From positions 1 to 64,000 of IMG/VR virus record IMGVR_UViG_3300045998_000148: a DNA stretch of 64,000 nucleotides; one strand, written 5' to 3'. The notes under the pieces are model-generated. The model did not search any database and was not told the origin of the DNA. It saw only the letters and a program-made list of their open reading frames with translations. Below, piece after piece: positions 29,977-38,663 of this stretch; positions within the stretch are counted from its first letter, which is position 1; each line of letters opens with the position of its first letter. Source of the DNA: a virus. The position numbers were made by a program, and so were the translations under genes.

Positions 29977-32352
29977 CTATCTGTAGAGTTTGCGAAGGTA
30001 ATTCAATACATCGGCATTCGCCATGTACGATCGGGTCGCATCGCCGACGCCATCGATCTCGTGAGCGCCCGTCTTCTGAGGAAAGACGCCGAAGCGATCG
30101 TTTGCGCCGATGAGCGACAGTTCCGCAAGTGGCGTCCCCGCTTCCGCCATGCCGAAAGTAGGCGTCGAGATCGTCGCGAGCCGAAATTGCTCCATGATCT
30201 TCTGTGCCTTGGGTACGCCGTGGGTCTTGACGAGGGATTGATAGAGGATGTCGTAGGACACCCGTGCCTTAATTCCGGCATCTTTAGAGGCGAGCATCGC
30301 AATACGGCGGTTCGGCCTCGATTCGATATTGTCGGAAAGGGCAAACAGGTTGGCCGCCAGTCGAATAGATTCGGGATCGACGGGTTCGGTATCGACGGCA
30401 CTCAGTCCCAAATTGCGGCGAATGGCAGCGCCAAACCCGTCAATCGAGATGTGCTTGAAACGCTCGTCCTTGCTAAATGCACTCGCTCCAAAGGGGGCGT
30501 CCGCTTCTTTAATGCCGAATTCGGAGGCGACGGAAAAAAACTTAGTCATCCCGCCTGCTAAATTGCCGCTCTTACTCGTCCTGCCCTTGAGCCGATCGCC
30601 TTCGGGAATGCCGTCGAGCAAGTCTTCGTCTTTCTCCCAAGTACCGCCCATCAAAAAAGTGAGGTTGTTCTGCTTTTCCTTCTTTATCGCGTCGAGCTTG
30701 GGCTTGTTCAGCTTGGCGGCCTCGGCGAGGGCGAGGTCTGCCGCATTTTTGACATTCTCCTGGTATTTCTTGTTGGCAGCGGCGTATTCCTTGGGGCTGA
30801 GTCCCGTTACCGTACTGCCCGCAAAGAGGCGGTAGCTGGCCTTGTCGCCGAGAGCCATTTCTTTTAACTGCCCGACGCGATCGAGGAACGTATTGAGCGA
30901 GGGGTTGTAGCGTTCGGTAGCCTCATCCAACTGCTTTTGCAGCGCATTGCTGCGGTTGGAGATGCGGCTGGAATAGTAATTTAAGCCCTCGCGCAACTTG
31001 TCGCGCACGTCTCGATTTTTGAGGTAATCTTCGGCCTCGCCGCCCATTACCGATGCGATCCACTGCGGCTTTCGTTTCGGCATCCAGCTAGCCGGATCTT
31101 TGGCGCTCGTAACGGTGCGGTCGTTGACGTTGCGCCAGATACTCGGCGTATCGGCCACGCCAAAGGTAGGACTGCCCAACCGCACGAGGTTGATGCGCTC
31201 GGTAATGCTGAGGCCGCCCGACGCGCTGCGATCGGCTTTTTTCATCCGCCCCAGTATCTCGATCGCCTCGTTGGAGATGTTGCCGCCGACGCCGTGGGCG
31301 ACGATATTTAAGGGCTTGTCGGGATAGCGGTTGCCATAGGCGTAGAGCTGCGCGGCCAGGTCGATAGCCGCATCGCTGCGACCCCGCACGATATTGTTCG
31401 TGATGTAGCCTTTAATCCGATTGTTTATCTGGTGCGCCAGGTGGAAGGGGTTGGGCTTGCCGTTGAGCCACTTAGCATTATGGGGAGAAAGGTCGGAATC
31501 CTCGTCCGGGTTTTTAAAAGCAACGACGTGATTGCGCTCGCCGAACCAATTTTCTTCTTCCGAATTGTCCGTATTTTGCAGCAGCATCTCCCGCAACCGA
31601 TCGCCTTTAGAATTCTGAGAGCCGCCGCCGCCAACGGCAAACAAGATATTTTCCTTGCTCGTCGTATCGACCTGCATTTGCTTGGCTCTTGTCAGGGCGA
31701 TGTCGGCAGACTCCTTGAAGCCGTCGCGATGTCGCGACTTGGCCTGCTCGTACTTGGCGGCAGTAAAGCCGATAATGCCCGCCGCCAACAGGATACCCGC
31801 TCGCTTGGGATTGGCAGAGACGATCTTCTGCAACTTAATTGCCAGCCGCAGATCTTTTGCCGCTCCCTTGGGCAGCGAACTCAAGACGGCAGTGCGTTCC
31901 TTGCGGCGGCGCTCTAAAGTCTTTCTAAAATTGCGCTCCTCTTCGGGATTGCTTTCGACTAATTTAATCTGCCGAATTAACTGATCTTTGGTAAGGTGAT
32001 TGGCGCGATAAATTTGTTTTCGCGAGGCGATCGACTGCAACTCGCGGATCGAACGGTCTTCGAGCTTGCTGCCGCCCGCCTTCACGCCTTCGGGCAGCTT
32101 GCGCCAGTAACCGCCGCCCTTTACGCTCGGATCTCTAACGTACACTTTATCGCCGCGCCGCAAAGCCGGACGGCTATCTTGGTGCGCGTTCCCTAGCGCC
32201 GTGCGACGGCGCGGGGTCGCACCGCTATCTTGGTGCGCGTTCCCTAGCGCCGTGCGACGGCGCGGGGTCGCACCGCTATCTTGGTGCGCCGCCGAGGGTT
32301 TCTGGGCAGTTGAGGGCTTTAGACTTGCTTGCATTGGCGCGATCGTGAACAT
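29977..32352 (-). CDS. GGYY-leader protein with Rho-N-like domain and two degenerate alpha/beta-hydrolase-like domains
   Basis: GDKVYVRDPSVKGGGYWRKLP leader; LEDRSIRELQSIASRKQIYRANHLTKDQLI (Rho_N-like); LNIVAHGVGG and LVRLGSPTFG (lipase elbow lacking Ser); second copy LATISTPTFG. Confidence 0.7.
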   Translation of the reverse strand: MFTIAPMQASLKPSTAQKPSAAHQDSGATPRRRTALGNAHQDSGATPRRRTALGNAHQDSRPALRRGDKVYVRDPSVKGGGYWRKLPEGVKAGGSKLEDRSIRELQSIASRKQIYRANHLTKDQLIRQIKLVESNPEEERNFRKTLERRRKERTAVLSSLPKGAAKDLRLAIKLQKIVSANPKRAGILLAAGIIGFTAAKYEQAKSRHRDGFKESADIALTRAKQMQVDTTSKENILFAVGGGGSQNSKGDRLREMLLQNTDNSEEENWFGERNHVVAFKNPDEDSDLSPHNAKWLNGKPNPFHLAHQINNRIKGYITNNIVRGRSDAAIDLAAQLYAYGNRYPDKPLNIVAHGVGGNISNEAIEILGRMKKADRSASGGLSITERINLVRLGSPTFGVADTPSIWRNVNDRTVTSAKDPASWMPKRKPQWIASVMGGEAEDYLKNRDVRDKLREGLNYYSSRISNRSNALQKQLDEATERYNPSLNTFLDRVGQLKEMALGDKASYRLFAGSTVTGLSPKEYAAANKKYQENVKNAADLALAEAAKLNKPKLDAIKKEKQNNLTFLMGGTWEKDEDLLDGIPEGDRLKGRTSKSGNLAGGMTKFFSVASEFGIKEADAPFGASAFSKDERFKHISIDGFGAAIRRNLGLSAVDTEPVDPESIRLAANLFALSDNIESRPNRRIAMLASKDAGIKARVSYDILYQSLVKTHGVPKAQKIMEQFRLATISTPTFGMAEAGTPLAELSLIGANDRFGVFPQKTGAHEIDGVGDATRSYMANADVLNYLRKLYR
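32173..32288. repeat. 51-bp hairpin element family A variant with swapped inner stem, x2.3
   Basis: Inner stem gcgccgt-gcg-acggcgc replaces ggcgagg-nnn-cctcgcc. Confidence 0.9.
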
Positions 32353-32368
32353 GAGAATTTACGGTAAA

Positions 32369-32824
32369 TCAGTACAGCAAGGTATAAGCGTTTTCTCCCT
32401 TCTTGTGCAGCAAGTCTAGTCTGTATTGCAAGTTATTTACAGTCAGATTTTCCAATTCGCAGGGAAAGCCGTCTCGGTCTGGATTGAGGGGTGTAGCGGC
32501 ATCGCCTTCTCTTACGGGCCAGAGGATGTAATCGGACGCCCTGAGAACGGCTTCGTCTAAGGTGCGAGAAACGCGGCTGACCGTATAGCGATCGACGTCG
32601 CCTTCCGCCGTACTGCGCTCTAAAAAAGGCTCGCGGTCGGTGCGGTCGGCGCGTTCGACGTGGGGGCGCGGCAGTATTTCGACATAGCGATACAGCTCGA
32701 ATTGGTCGTCGTAGGAGCGAATGAAAACGCGATACCGCGACGTCTGAGTATCGCCCCTACCCGCCTGCCGCGATCGCAGCCGATCTCGTAATTCGATGCG
32801 CCGCAACATTCGACTATTCGCCAC
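32369..32824 (-). CDS. Hypothetical protein, possibly head-tail joining
   Basis: 151 aa, downstream of DUF4054 in the head operon. Confidence 0.5.
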   Translation of the reverse strand: MANSRMLRRIELRDRLRSRQAGRGDTQTSRYRVFIRSYDDQFELYRYVEILPRPHVERADRTDREPFLERSTAEGDVDRYTVSRVSRTLDEAVLRASDYILWPVREGDAATPLNPDRDGFPCELENLTVNNLQYRLDLLHKKGENAYTLLY

Positions 32825-33377
32825 TTTCGGTCGCTCCCTCCTCCTTCACTGCCGACGGGTAGAATGCCTCCGCTCCGCCTTGCGACCCTCTTGGTGCGCT
32901 TTCCCCTGGCGAGGACGCCTCGCCGGGGTCGCACCGCTCTCTTGGTGCGCTTTCCCCTGGCGAGGAGATCTCGCCGGGGTCGCACCGCTCTCTTGGTGCG
33001 CTTTCCCCTGGCGAGGACGCCTCGCCGGGGTCGCACCGCTCAATCAAGAGGGCGATCGCCATTTTCAGGTGTTCTTCCGCACGCTTGCTTTCGCGATAGT
33101 ACGAGTCCGACTGAGATAGGAATTGCAGTCGAGTGAGACACGATTGCAGCACGTCCTCCAAGTACGCTCCATTGCGTGCGTTGCGGTCTAACTCGCCGCG
33201 CTGCCAGCTAATCGTAAAGCCGATGCCCGTCGAAACGCCGCCCACTGGAATGCCGCCTTCTTTCCAATTTGCGTTTAAATACCAGTCTTCGGTCAAGTTT
33301 CCGCGCATTTCCCGCGTAAAACAATAATCTAGCGAACTTTCCACGACTTTCAACTCCCGCTCAAGAATTTCGATCAA
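32814..33377 (-). CDS. Tad1-like (Acb2/Tad1 family) anti-defence sponge protein with a repeat insertion near the C-terminus
   Basis: ISWQRGELDRNARNGAYLEDVLQSCLTRLQFLSQS..YRESKRAEEHLKMAIALL aligns with the recalled Tad1 pattern FQxGP..NG..xEDL...RLxxFQ...REN.AI.KLEEA..WL; TTG start overlaps the upstream TGA. Confidence 0.65.
   Translation of the reverse strand: MIEILERELKVVESSLDYCFTREMRGNLTEDWYLNANWKEGGIPVGGVSTGIGFTISWQRGELDRNARNGAYLEDVLQSCLTRLQFLSQSDSYYRESKRAEEHLKMAIALLIERCDPGEASSPGESAPRERCDPGEISSPGESAPRERCDPGEASSPGESAPRGSQGGAEAFYPSAVKEEGATESGE
32888..33041. repeat. 51-bp hairpin element family A, x3 tandem
   Basis: cttggtgcgctttcccctggcgaggacgcctcgccggggtcgcaccgctct; period 51. Confidence 0.95.
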
Positions 33378-33742
33378 ATGCTGAACCCCCACAGCTCGCG
33401 CTTGCCGTGCGCCCGGATGAGGCTGAGCCATTGCTGGCCGTAAACCGTCGCATTGAAATGGCTGGCATCGTTAGCGAGGGTGGTGCTAGCAATGGGCTGG
33501 AAAGAACCCTTCTCAATCGCCTCCGCCCTCGAATCGGTTTCCATCTCCTGCTGTCGCTGGCGCTCTAATTGGTGCGCTAGCCATAACATCACCGCCCGAT
33601 CGCGATGGGCGGGCGCAAAATTGATGTCGATGCTCGCCTCGGCCTGTTGCAGGTAAAAAGCAAGCCGCTCGGCGGGTTCGCTAGTAAATTCGTCAAAAAT
33701 AGTGAGGAACGATTCGGCGGTGACGGCCATGTTGTTGCTCAA
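33374..33742 (-). CDS. DUF4054-family head-tail adaptor
   Basis: FLTIFDEF, AVMLWLAHQL, FNATVYGQQW. Confidence 0.8.
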   Translation of the reverse strand: MSNNMAVTAESFLTIFDEFTSEPAERLAFYLQQAEASIDINFAPAHRDRAVMLWLAHQLERQRQQEMETDSRAEAIEKGSFQPIASTTLANDASHFNATVYGQQWLSLIRAHGKRELWGFSI

Positions 33743-34545
33743 AGTCGCGTGTTGTTTCCAGAAAGCGATCGCAGGGTTGCACGCGCCTGACGGCGGACGA
33801 GGGGCTGTATTAGCTGGGCAGAACTTTTAGAAGAACGGCGCTGGCTGGCAGCCATCGAGAGCTGTTCGCGCTTGACTGCCGCCACATTTAAAATATCGGT
33901 ATCGACGACGCCGAGGCAGAGCTTGTCGAGTTCGGCTAGAGTTCTGACGTCTTCGAGCAACAGCTCAAAATCCTCGTAATCTTCGAGGTTGGCGGGCTGC
34001 TTGTTGACGTCTTTTTTGGGATGGACGCGAATTGCTTGCTGGAACTTGCCCGCCCCGAGGCGATCGTAATGAGCCTTAACCAACAATAGATCGGCCATAT
34101 CGATCTCCTGCAATCCCGGATAGAGAGTAAACGTATTGGAAACCTGTTTTTCGGGGTCGGGCTTTTCCGGCAAGCGGCGGGCAAACCCGACAGGCTGTTC
34201 GTAGAGGTGATCGACAGCCTGACAGTCGAAATATATTGTCATCCGACTCGCCAAGTCGTAGCCGCTGGCTCCCTTCGGCTCCTGCCGCACCGCCTTCGCA
34301 CTCTCTACAATGTCCTGCAATTCTTGAGGCGCAACATCCCTTATCTCATCTTTTGAGAAATCGGAGCGTTCTTCCTCGACGAGTTCTTGTAGTTCGGGGG
34401 GAAGGGAAGAGGAAGGCTGCCGCGACGAGCTAGCCTTTGGCGCGTCCCCAGCAGATCGCTTCTCGCGAGTCTTGGATGGGGTCTTAACTGTCGTGGCTGC
34501 GCTTTCGGCAGTTGTAGTGCTGGCGGGCGATCGTTCTTCTGCCAT
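33739..34545 (-). CDS. Hypothetical protein downstream of the major capsid gene
   Basis: 268-aa ORF coupled to DUF4054. Confidence 0.65.
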   Translation of the reverse strand: MAEERSPASTTTAESAATTVKTPSKTREKRSAGDAPKASSSRQPSSSLPPELQELVEEERSDFSKDEIRDVAPQELQDIVESAKAVRQEPKGASGYDLASRMTIYFDCQAVDHLYEQPVGFARRLPEKPDPEKQVSNTFTLYPGLQEIDMADLLLVKAHYDRLGAGKFQQAIRVHPKKDVNKQPANLEDYEDFELLLEDVRTLAELDKLCLGVVDTDILNVAAVKREQLSMAASQRRSSKSSAQLIQPLVRRQARATLRSLSGNNTRL

Positions 34546-34602
34546 GTCAATTTTTTTTACGAAGTCAATTGTATTTTAGCCGCTCGTGTACGGGGGCATC
34601 GC

Positions 34603-34649
34603 AAAAAAGCCGCGATCGCCGGGAGATAGTTCGTGGGGCGAGCGCGGCT
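34603..34649 (-). terminator. Putative intrinsic terminator after the major capsid gene
   Basis: 13-bp stem agccgcgatcgcc/ggcgagcgcggct (1 mismatch) followed by a U-tract on the minus strand. Confidence 0.55.
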
Positions 34650-34669
34650 GCGTTTGCGTGAGGTAAAAA

Positions 34670-35866
34670 TTAAGGCAGCACGAGGATGACCATTGCCGCC
34701 TTGCGGTAGAGGAGGACGCCAGCCGTCGAAAAGCAGGAAGCCCTCACGATTGAATCCCAGCCGAACTCCTTGGGCGGCAAGTCCATGATGTCTGGCGTAG
34801 TCATCTGGAAGCGCAGGTTAGCCGGATTGCGCTTGTAGAATACGATCACGTTATTGGGGTTTAATCCCTTTTCGGCTAGCTGAGCGGCGTCTAATTCGGT
34901 CATTGCCTTAATATTGACCAGTCCGTTGCGCTCCATGCAGTATTGGAGGGTGGACTTGGAGACATTAGCGGTTACTGCCGCTACGCCAGTCGGCGTCGAG
35001 TAGAAGAGTTTATCGGCGAGGACATTGTAAATGCTATTAGACATCAACACCGTATCGGGCTTGTTAAGGGCAACGCGATAGGGTTCGATTATTTGATGGT
35101 AGCGAGCGCCGAGGTTGAACACGGCGAGGTCGGATTCCGGCGTCGTCGCCGTCGTAATCCCGATCGCGCTGTAAAAAGTAAGCCGTTCGGGGTGGTTGGC
35201 AAATCCGGGCAGGCCGACGCTCGGATCGCCGCGCAGCACCAGATCGGATTTCATCTGCTGCGCTCCGGCCAGCATCGCCAATCGCTTAATAGCGGGCAAG
35301 TCGATTGTCGTCGCGCCGTTCATCCCCGCCCTGGCGATAACCGCCAATTCCTTTGGCGAGAGGGTATAGCCGCCGTAATAGCTGTAGATCGGATCGATCC
35401 ATTCGGCAAACGCCGCTTCAGTCTGGGGGATGTCAGTGGTCTGCGGCGATCCCTGCTTCCACTGCCCGACCGCTTCTACGTTGTAGTGAACGTAGCTAGT
35501 CGCGAAAGGATCGTTAGCCGTCTGGATCGGGAAAATTTCGCCATCGCCAAAACTGCCGGGGGCGGGCATCTCCATCGAGACTTGCTTATCGACTAATTCC
35601 AACCCCCGCGCTACTGAGGTCACTAGCGGCTCCGAGTCCAGCCTGCCCACTCCCATAGAAGTAAGGCTAGCCTCGATCGCATCGCGGCGCTGTTGGTTGC
35701 CGACAGCCAAGTAAACGGCATCGTCTACCTTTACTTGCGTCGGATTTTTGTTTAGGGCGTCCATCCGAGCCTGCGCGGAGGCAGTAAGCCCAGACTCGTT
35801 TCCGTAGGCATTACTTAGGGCATTTAATCCCAATTCACTGCCTTGCATTACCAGGCTGTTAGACAT
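34670..35866 (-). CDS. Major capsid protein (DUF2184/HK97-fold type)
   Basis: ARGLELVDKQV, GGYTLSPKEL, GDPSVGLPGFANHP, KPDTVLM, STAGVLLYRKAA; follows the decoration and DUF2213 genes. Confidence 0.85.
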   Translation of the reverse strand: MSNSLVMQGSELGLNALSNAYGNESGLTASAQARMDALNKNPTQVKVDDAVYLAVGNQQRRDAIEASLTSMGVGRLDSEPLVTSVARGLELVDKQVSMEMPAPGSFGDGEIFPIQTANDPFATSYVHYNVEAVGQWKQGSPQTTDIPQTEAAFAEWIDPIYSYYGGYTLSPKELAVIARAGMNGATTIDLPAIKRLAMLAGAQQMKSDLVLRGDPSVGLPGFANHPERLTFYSAIGITTATTPESDLAVFNLGARYHQIIEPYRVALNKPDTVLMSNSIYNVLADKLFYSTPTGVAAVTANVSKSTLQYCMERNGLVNIKAMTELDAAQLAEKGLNPNNVIVFYKRNPANLRFQMTTPDIMDLPPKEFGWDSIVRASCFSTAGVLLYRKAAMVILVLP

Positions 35867-35907
35867 TTAAAGTTGCTCCAAAAATAAAAATAAAAAACCC
35901 GTACAAA

Positions 35908-36747
35908 TCAGAGGTGGAAGTTCATGCAGACTACAAAATTGCCGTCGAGAGTTTTGACGGGCGCTTGTGCAATTTTCATAATTCCGGCCAGTGCAATATT
36001 GCCGCCATTGCTGCCCGCCGCCGAAGTAACGAAACCGGGATTGCCGCCGACATCGGCATAGACGGTCGAATCTTCCGTCAGCGAGCCTTCGACAGTTCGC
36101 ACCCATATTCCCTTATTAACGCCGACATCCGCTACTACGTCCATGACGCGCTGGGGCGGGTAGCCGTCTTCGCGGCTGGCTCCCCTCGATTCCGACGCCT
36201 CAAATCGCGTCAGCTTGGTCACTCCCAACACTTTATTACTTGCAGCAGCGGGCAACTTGGCCGTATTGGGCGGCTCGCCCGTCGCCCTCACTACGATGAC
36301 CCCCATCGGAATCCAGAGTCCCATCCCGGCAGCGATTGTTTCGTCTACCGCCAGATCTTCGTCATTGGTAACAATCTGGTTGCTGATGCCGAAAGCGTTT
36401 GCCGTCACCAGCAAATCCGTGCCGACTTTAGAGATCGTTCCTAGCGAATTGGCGATCGCATTGGAACGCCACGCACTGAAAAGGCCGTCTTGCAGTTCGG
36501 CTTGAGTCGCGTTGGCATCCGTGGTGTAAGAAACGACCGCCGCATCGCCGTTGACGGAGAGGGTATAGGTCGAGCTGTTATCGGGAGCGCCAGGTACTCC
36601 GACCGTCAAAACCTGTCGGACGAAACCGGACATATTCTGCAAGGGCAGTATTTTGGAGTCGGAATATTCGCCGTTCATCTGTCCGGGCAGGGCAATACCC
36701 GTAAACTCGCTGCCGTAAACTTTTAGGCGATTGCCTGCATATAGCAT
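35908..36747 (-). CDS. Capsid decoration/cement protein
   Basis: GIALPGQ, IPMGVIVV, VLGVT, GIWV; lies between protease and capsid genes. Confidence 0.7.
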   Translation of the reverse strand: MLYAGNRLKVYGSEFTGIALPGQMNGEYSDSKILPLQNMSGFVRQVLTVGVPGAPDNSSTYTLSVNGDAAVVSYTTDANATQAELQDGLFSAWRSNAIANSLGTISKVGTDLLVTANAFGISNQIVTNDEDLAVDETIAAGMGLWIPMGVIVVRATGEPPNTAKLPAAASNKVLGVTKLTRFEASESRGASREDGYPPQRVMDVVADVGVNKGIWVRTVEGSLTEDSTVYADVGGNPGFVTSAAGSNGGNIALAGIMKIAQAPVKTLDGNFVVCMNFHL

Positions 36748-36852
36748 AATTGCGTCCTCAGTAGAGAGAGTGAATGAGTGCGGTCTTTCTGGAAAAACAA
36801 AACAAACAGGACAGGCGGGACTCTATTCGCGCCTGGTGCGCGTTTCCTTAGC

Positions 36853-38610
36853 CTAGCGAGCGACGGACGACCACACCGAGGGGGTGCTGTTTTTCCAGGC
36901 TTCGTTGATAGAAGGCGACAGGGTAGCAATGCGATCGACGACTCCATCCTCCCTCGCCTCTTTTGCTTGCGACTTGCCGCCGATGGCATTGAGTACGCTG
37001 TCGAACTGCCGAGCGTGTTTTGACGGCGGGCGATGCGTCGAATCGCTGCGGCTCGATGCGGACGCCGAATCGAGATCGCCTTCGCCGCCCTCTTCTTCTT
37101 GGGAATCGAGGTGGACTACTCCAGCGGTATTGGCCGCGTGCAGCCACGCATAGATCGAAGCCGCTCCATCGGCGGAAAGGCTGTCGTAGTGGAAGGATTC
37201 GCTGGGCAGCACGCTTTCCAATATGGCAATAGCGCCGCGCTTGGCGATATCGTCGAGTTCCGCCTGAGTCGGAAATTTCGAGTCAAACCGACTCAGTTCT
37301 TCTGCCATGTGAGGAAAGGCGCGATAGGTCGCCATTAAGTCGGCTGGAGTGACGGAATCAAAAGAATCGCTTCGGTGTTTTGCCTTGCCCTTCTTTTTAA
37401 TAGTCGTTGACTCTCCCCCTTCTTCTCCTTCTTCTTCGCCCTCGCCTTCGAGTTCGTCGTCGAATTCGCCGTCTTCGTATTCATAATCCGTCTTTTTTTT
37501 CTTGGTCTGCATGGCATCGCCTCTTGTTTGATTTGATTTGTGGTTGTCCCGTCCGTTTTTTTCGCCTTCGAGAGGATTGCCCTCGCTATCGAATCGCTCG
37601 TAGCCCGAAGCATCCAAATATTGCTCGAAAGCACTTCCCGCCTCTACCGCGTAGGAAACGCCATCCCAAATTATGCCCACTTGAGACATGGCCGCATCTG
37701 CCTGGTCGAGCCGCAGTTGCAGATCGCTCAGGGCTTCCTGCCATTCTTCGGATTTGACTTCGCTATCGCTGCGGGTAGTGCGCTCGGAATCCAGCTCTGT
37801 CCGCAGCGCGTCGAGAGAAGCATCCTTTGCCTGCAATACCTGAGACAGTATTGCGACCGAATCCGATCGGAGGTGTATTTCAGTGCGATCGCCGTTTGCC
37901 AACTGCAACGAATAGGGCGTCAGCCCTATCAATTCGGAATTTTCATTGCCCATGAAAAAAAACCTCCTGTTAGGATTTTCTAAAATATCGGAATCGATGC
38001 GCCAGCCCATATCCCAATCGCGCAAGAAGGAATTATCGCCGTCGAGTCGCGAATCGAGGTGCAGCCGCGCCTCGCATCCGGCTCTCGCCCTTTCAGTAGT
38101 TGCAAGGTGGTTGGGATCGATAAACGTCTGAATGCAATCGTAACGCTCCCCTCGGTAAATTCCCGGCTCGTGTTTCGGGATTAAATAATAGCCGAGCGAC
38201 AGTTCGCGCTGCTGGGCGCGTTCGATCGCCTCGATCGCCTTGGCGTCGTAATAGGTAAGCCACCCATCGAGGCGCGGCGAGGCAAAAGAATAATCGCTGC
38301 CGAAGCCGACCATCAGCTCCTTCGTATTCTGCGCGTTCACCATGTAGCCGGGGGGATGTTCGATGGTGACGGGCAGCGGCACTTCCCGCGAACGAAGGGT
38401 ATGCAACAGCCGCTCGTTTTCCGAGTCCGGCCTGTACTCCCGCACGACGCTGCCATCGGGCTTCTGATAAGTCAGTATCCCCGACAGACAAATCGTGCCG
38501 GGAGCTTTTAAATATCCCTCTTTAGTACGGACGGCATTGCCCGTTATGGTTCCGGCATCGTACCGAATTGCCTTTCGGTCGTCGTTCACTTTTTCTGCTG
38601 CAATGAACAC
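36853..38610 (-). CDS. DUF2213 prohead protease with C-terminal scaffold region
   Basis: RTKEGYL, GILTY, EYRP, PVTIEHP, RELSLGY, NHLA..ERARAG. Confidence 0.92.
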   Translation of the reverse strand: MFIAAEKVNDDRKAIRYDAGTITGNAVRTKEGYLKAPGTICLSGILTYQKPDGSVVREYRPDSENERLLHTLRSREVPLPVTIEHPPGYMVNAQNTKELMVGFGSDYSFASPRLDGWLTYYDAKAIEAIERAQQRELSLGYYLIPKHEPGIYRGERYDCIQTFIDPNHLATTERARAGCEARLHLDSRLDGDNSFLRDWDMGWRIDSDILENPNRRFFFMGNENSELIGLTPYSLQLANGDRTEIHLRSDSVAILSQVLQAKDASLDALRTELDSERTTRSDSEVKSEEWQEALSDLQLRLDQADAAMSQVGIIWDGVSYAVEAGSAFEQYLDASGYERFDSEGNPLEGEKNGRDNHKSNQTRGDAMQTKKKKTDYEYEDGEFDDELEGEGEEEGEEGGESTTIKKKGKAKHRSDSFDSVTPADLMATYRAFPHMAEELSRFDSKFPTQAELDDIAKRGAIAILESVLPSESFHYDSLSADGAASIYAWLHAANTAGVVHLDSQEEEGGEGDLDSASASSRSDSTHRPPSKHARQFDSVLNAIGGKSQAKEAREDGVVDRIATLSPSINEAWKNSTPSVWSSVAR

Positions 38611-38663
38611 GGCCTACATTTGCCGTGGATTGCCTTTATTTTATAGTGTGACGCGGCGATCCG

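Noticed and set aside
32888-33041. CRISPR array interpretation of the 51-bp hairpin repeats (also 43472, 50388)
   Set aside because: Head-to-tail with no spacers, inside coding sequence, and dispersed in both orientations.
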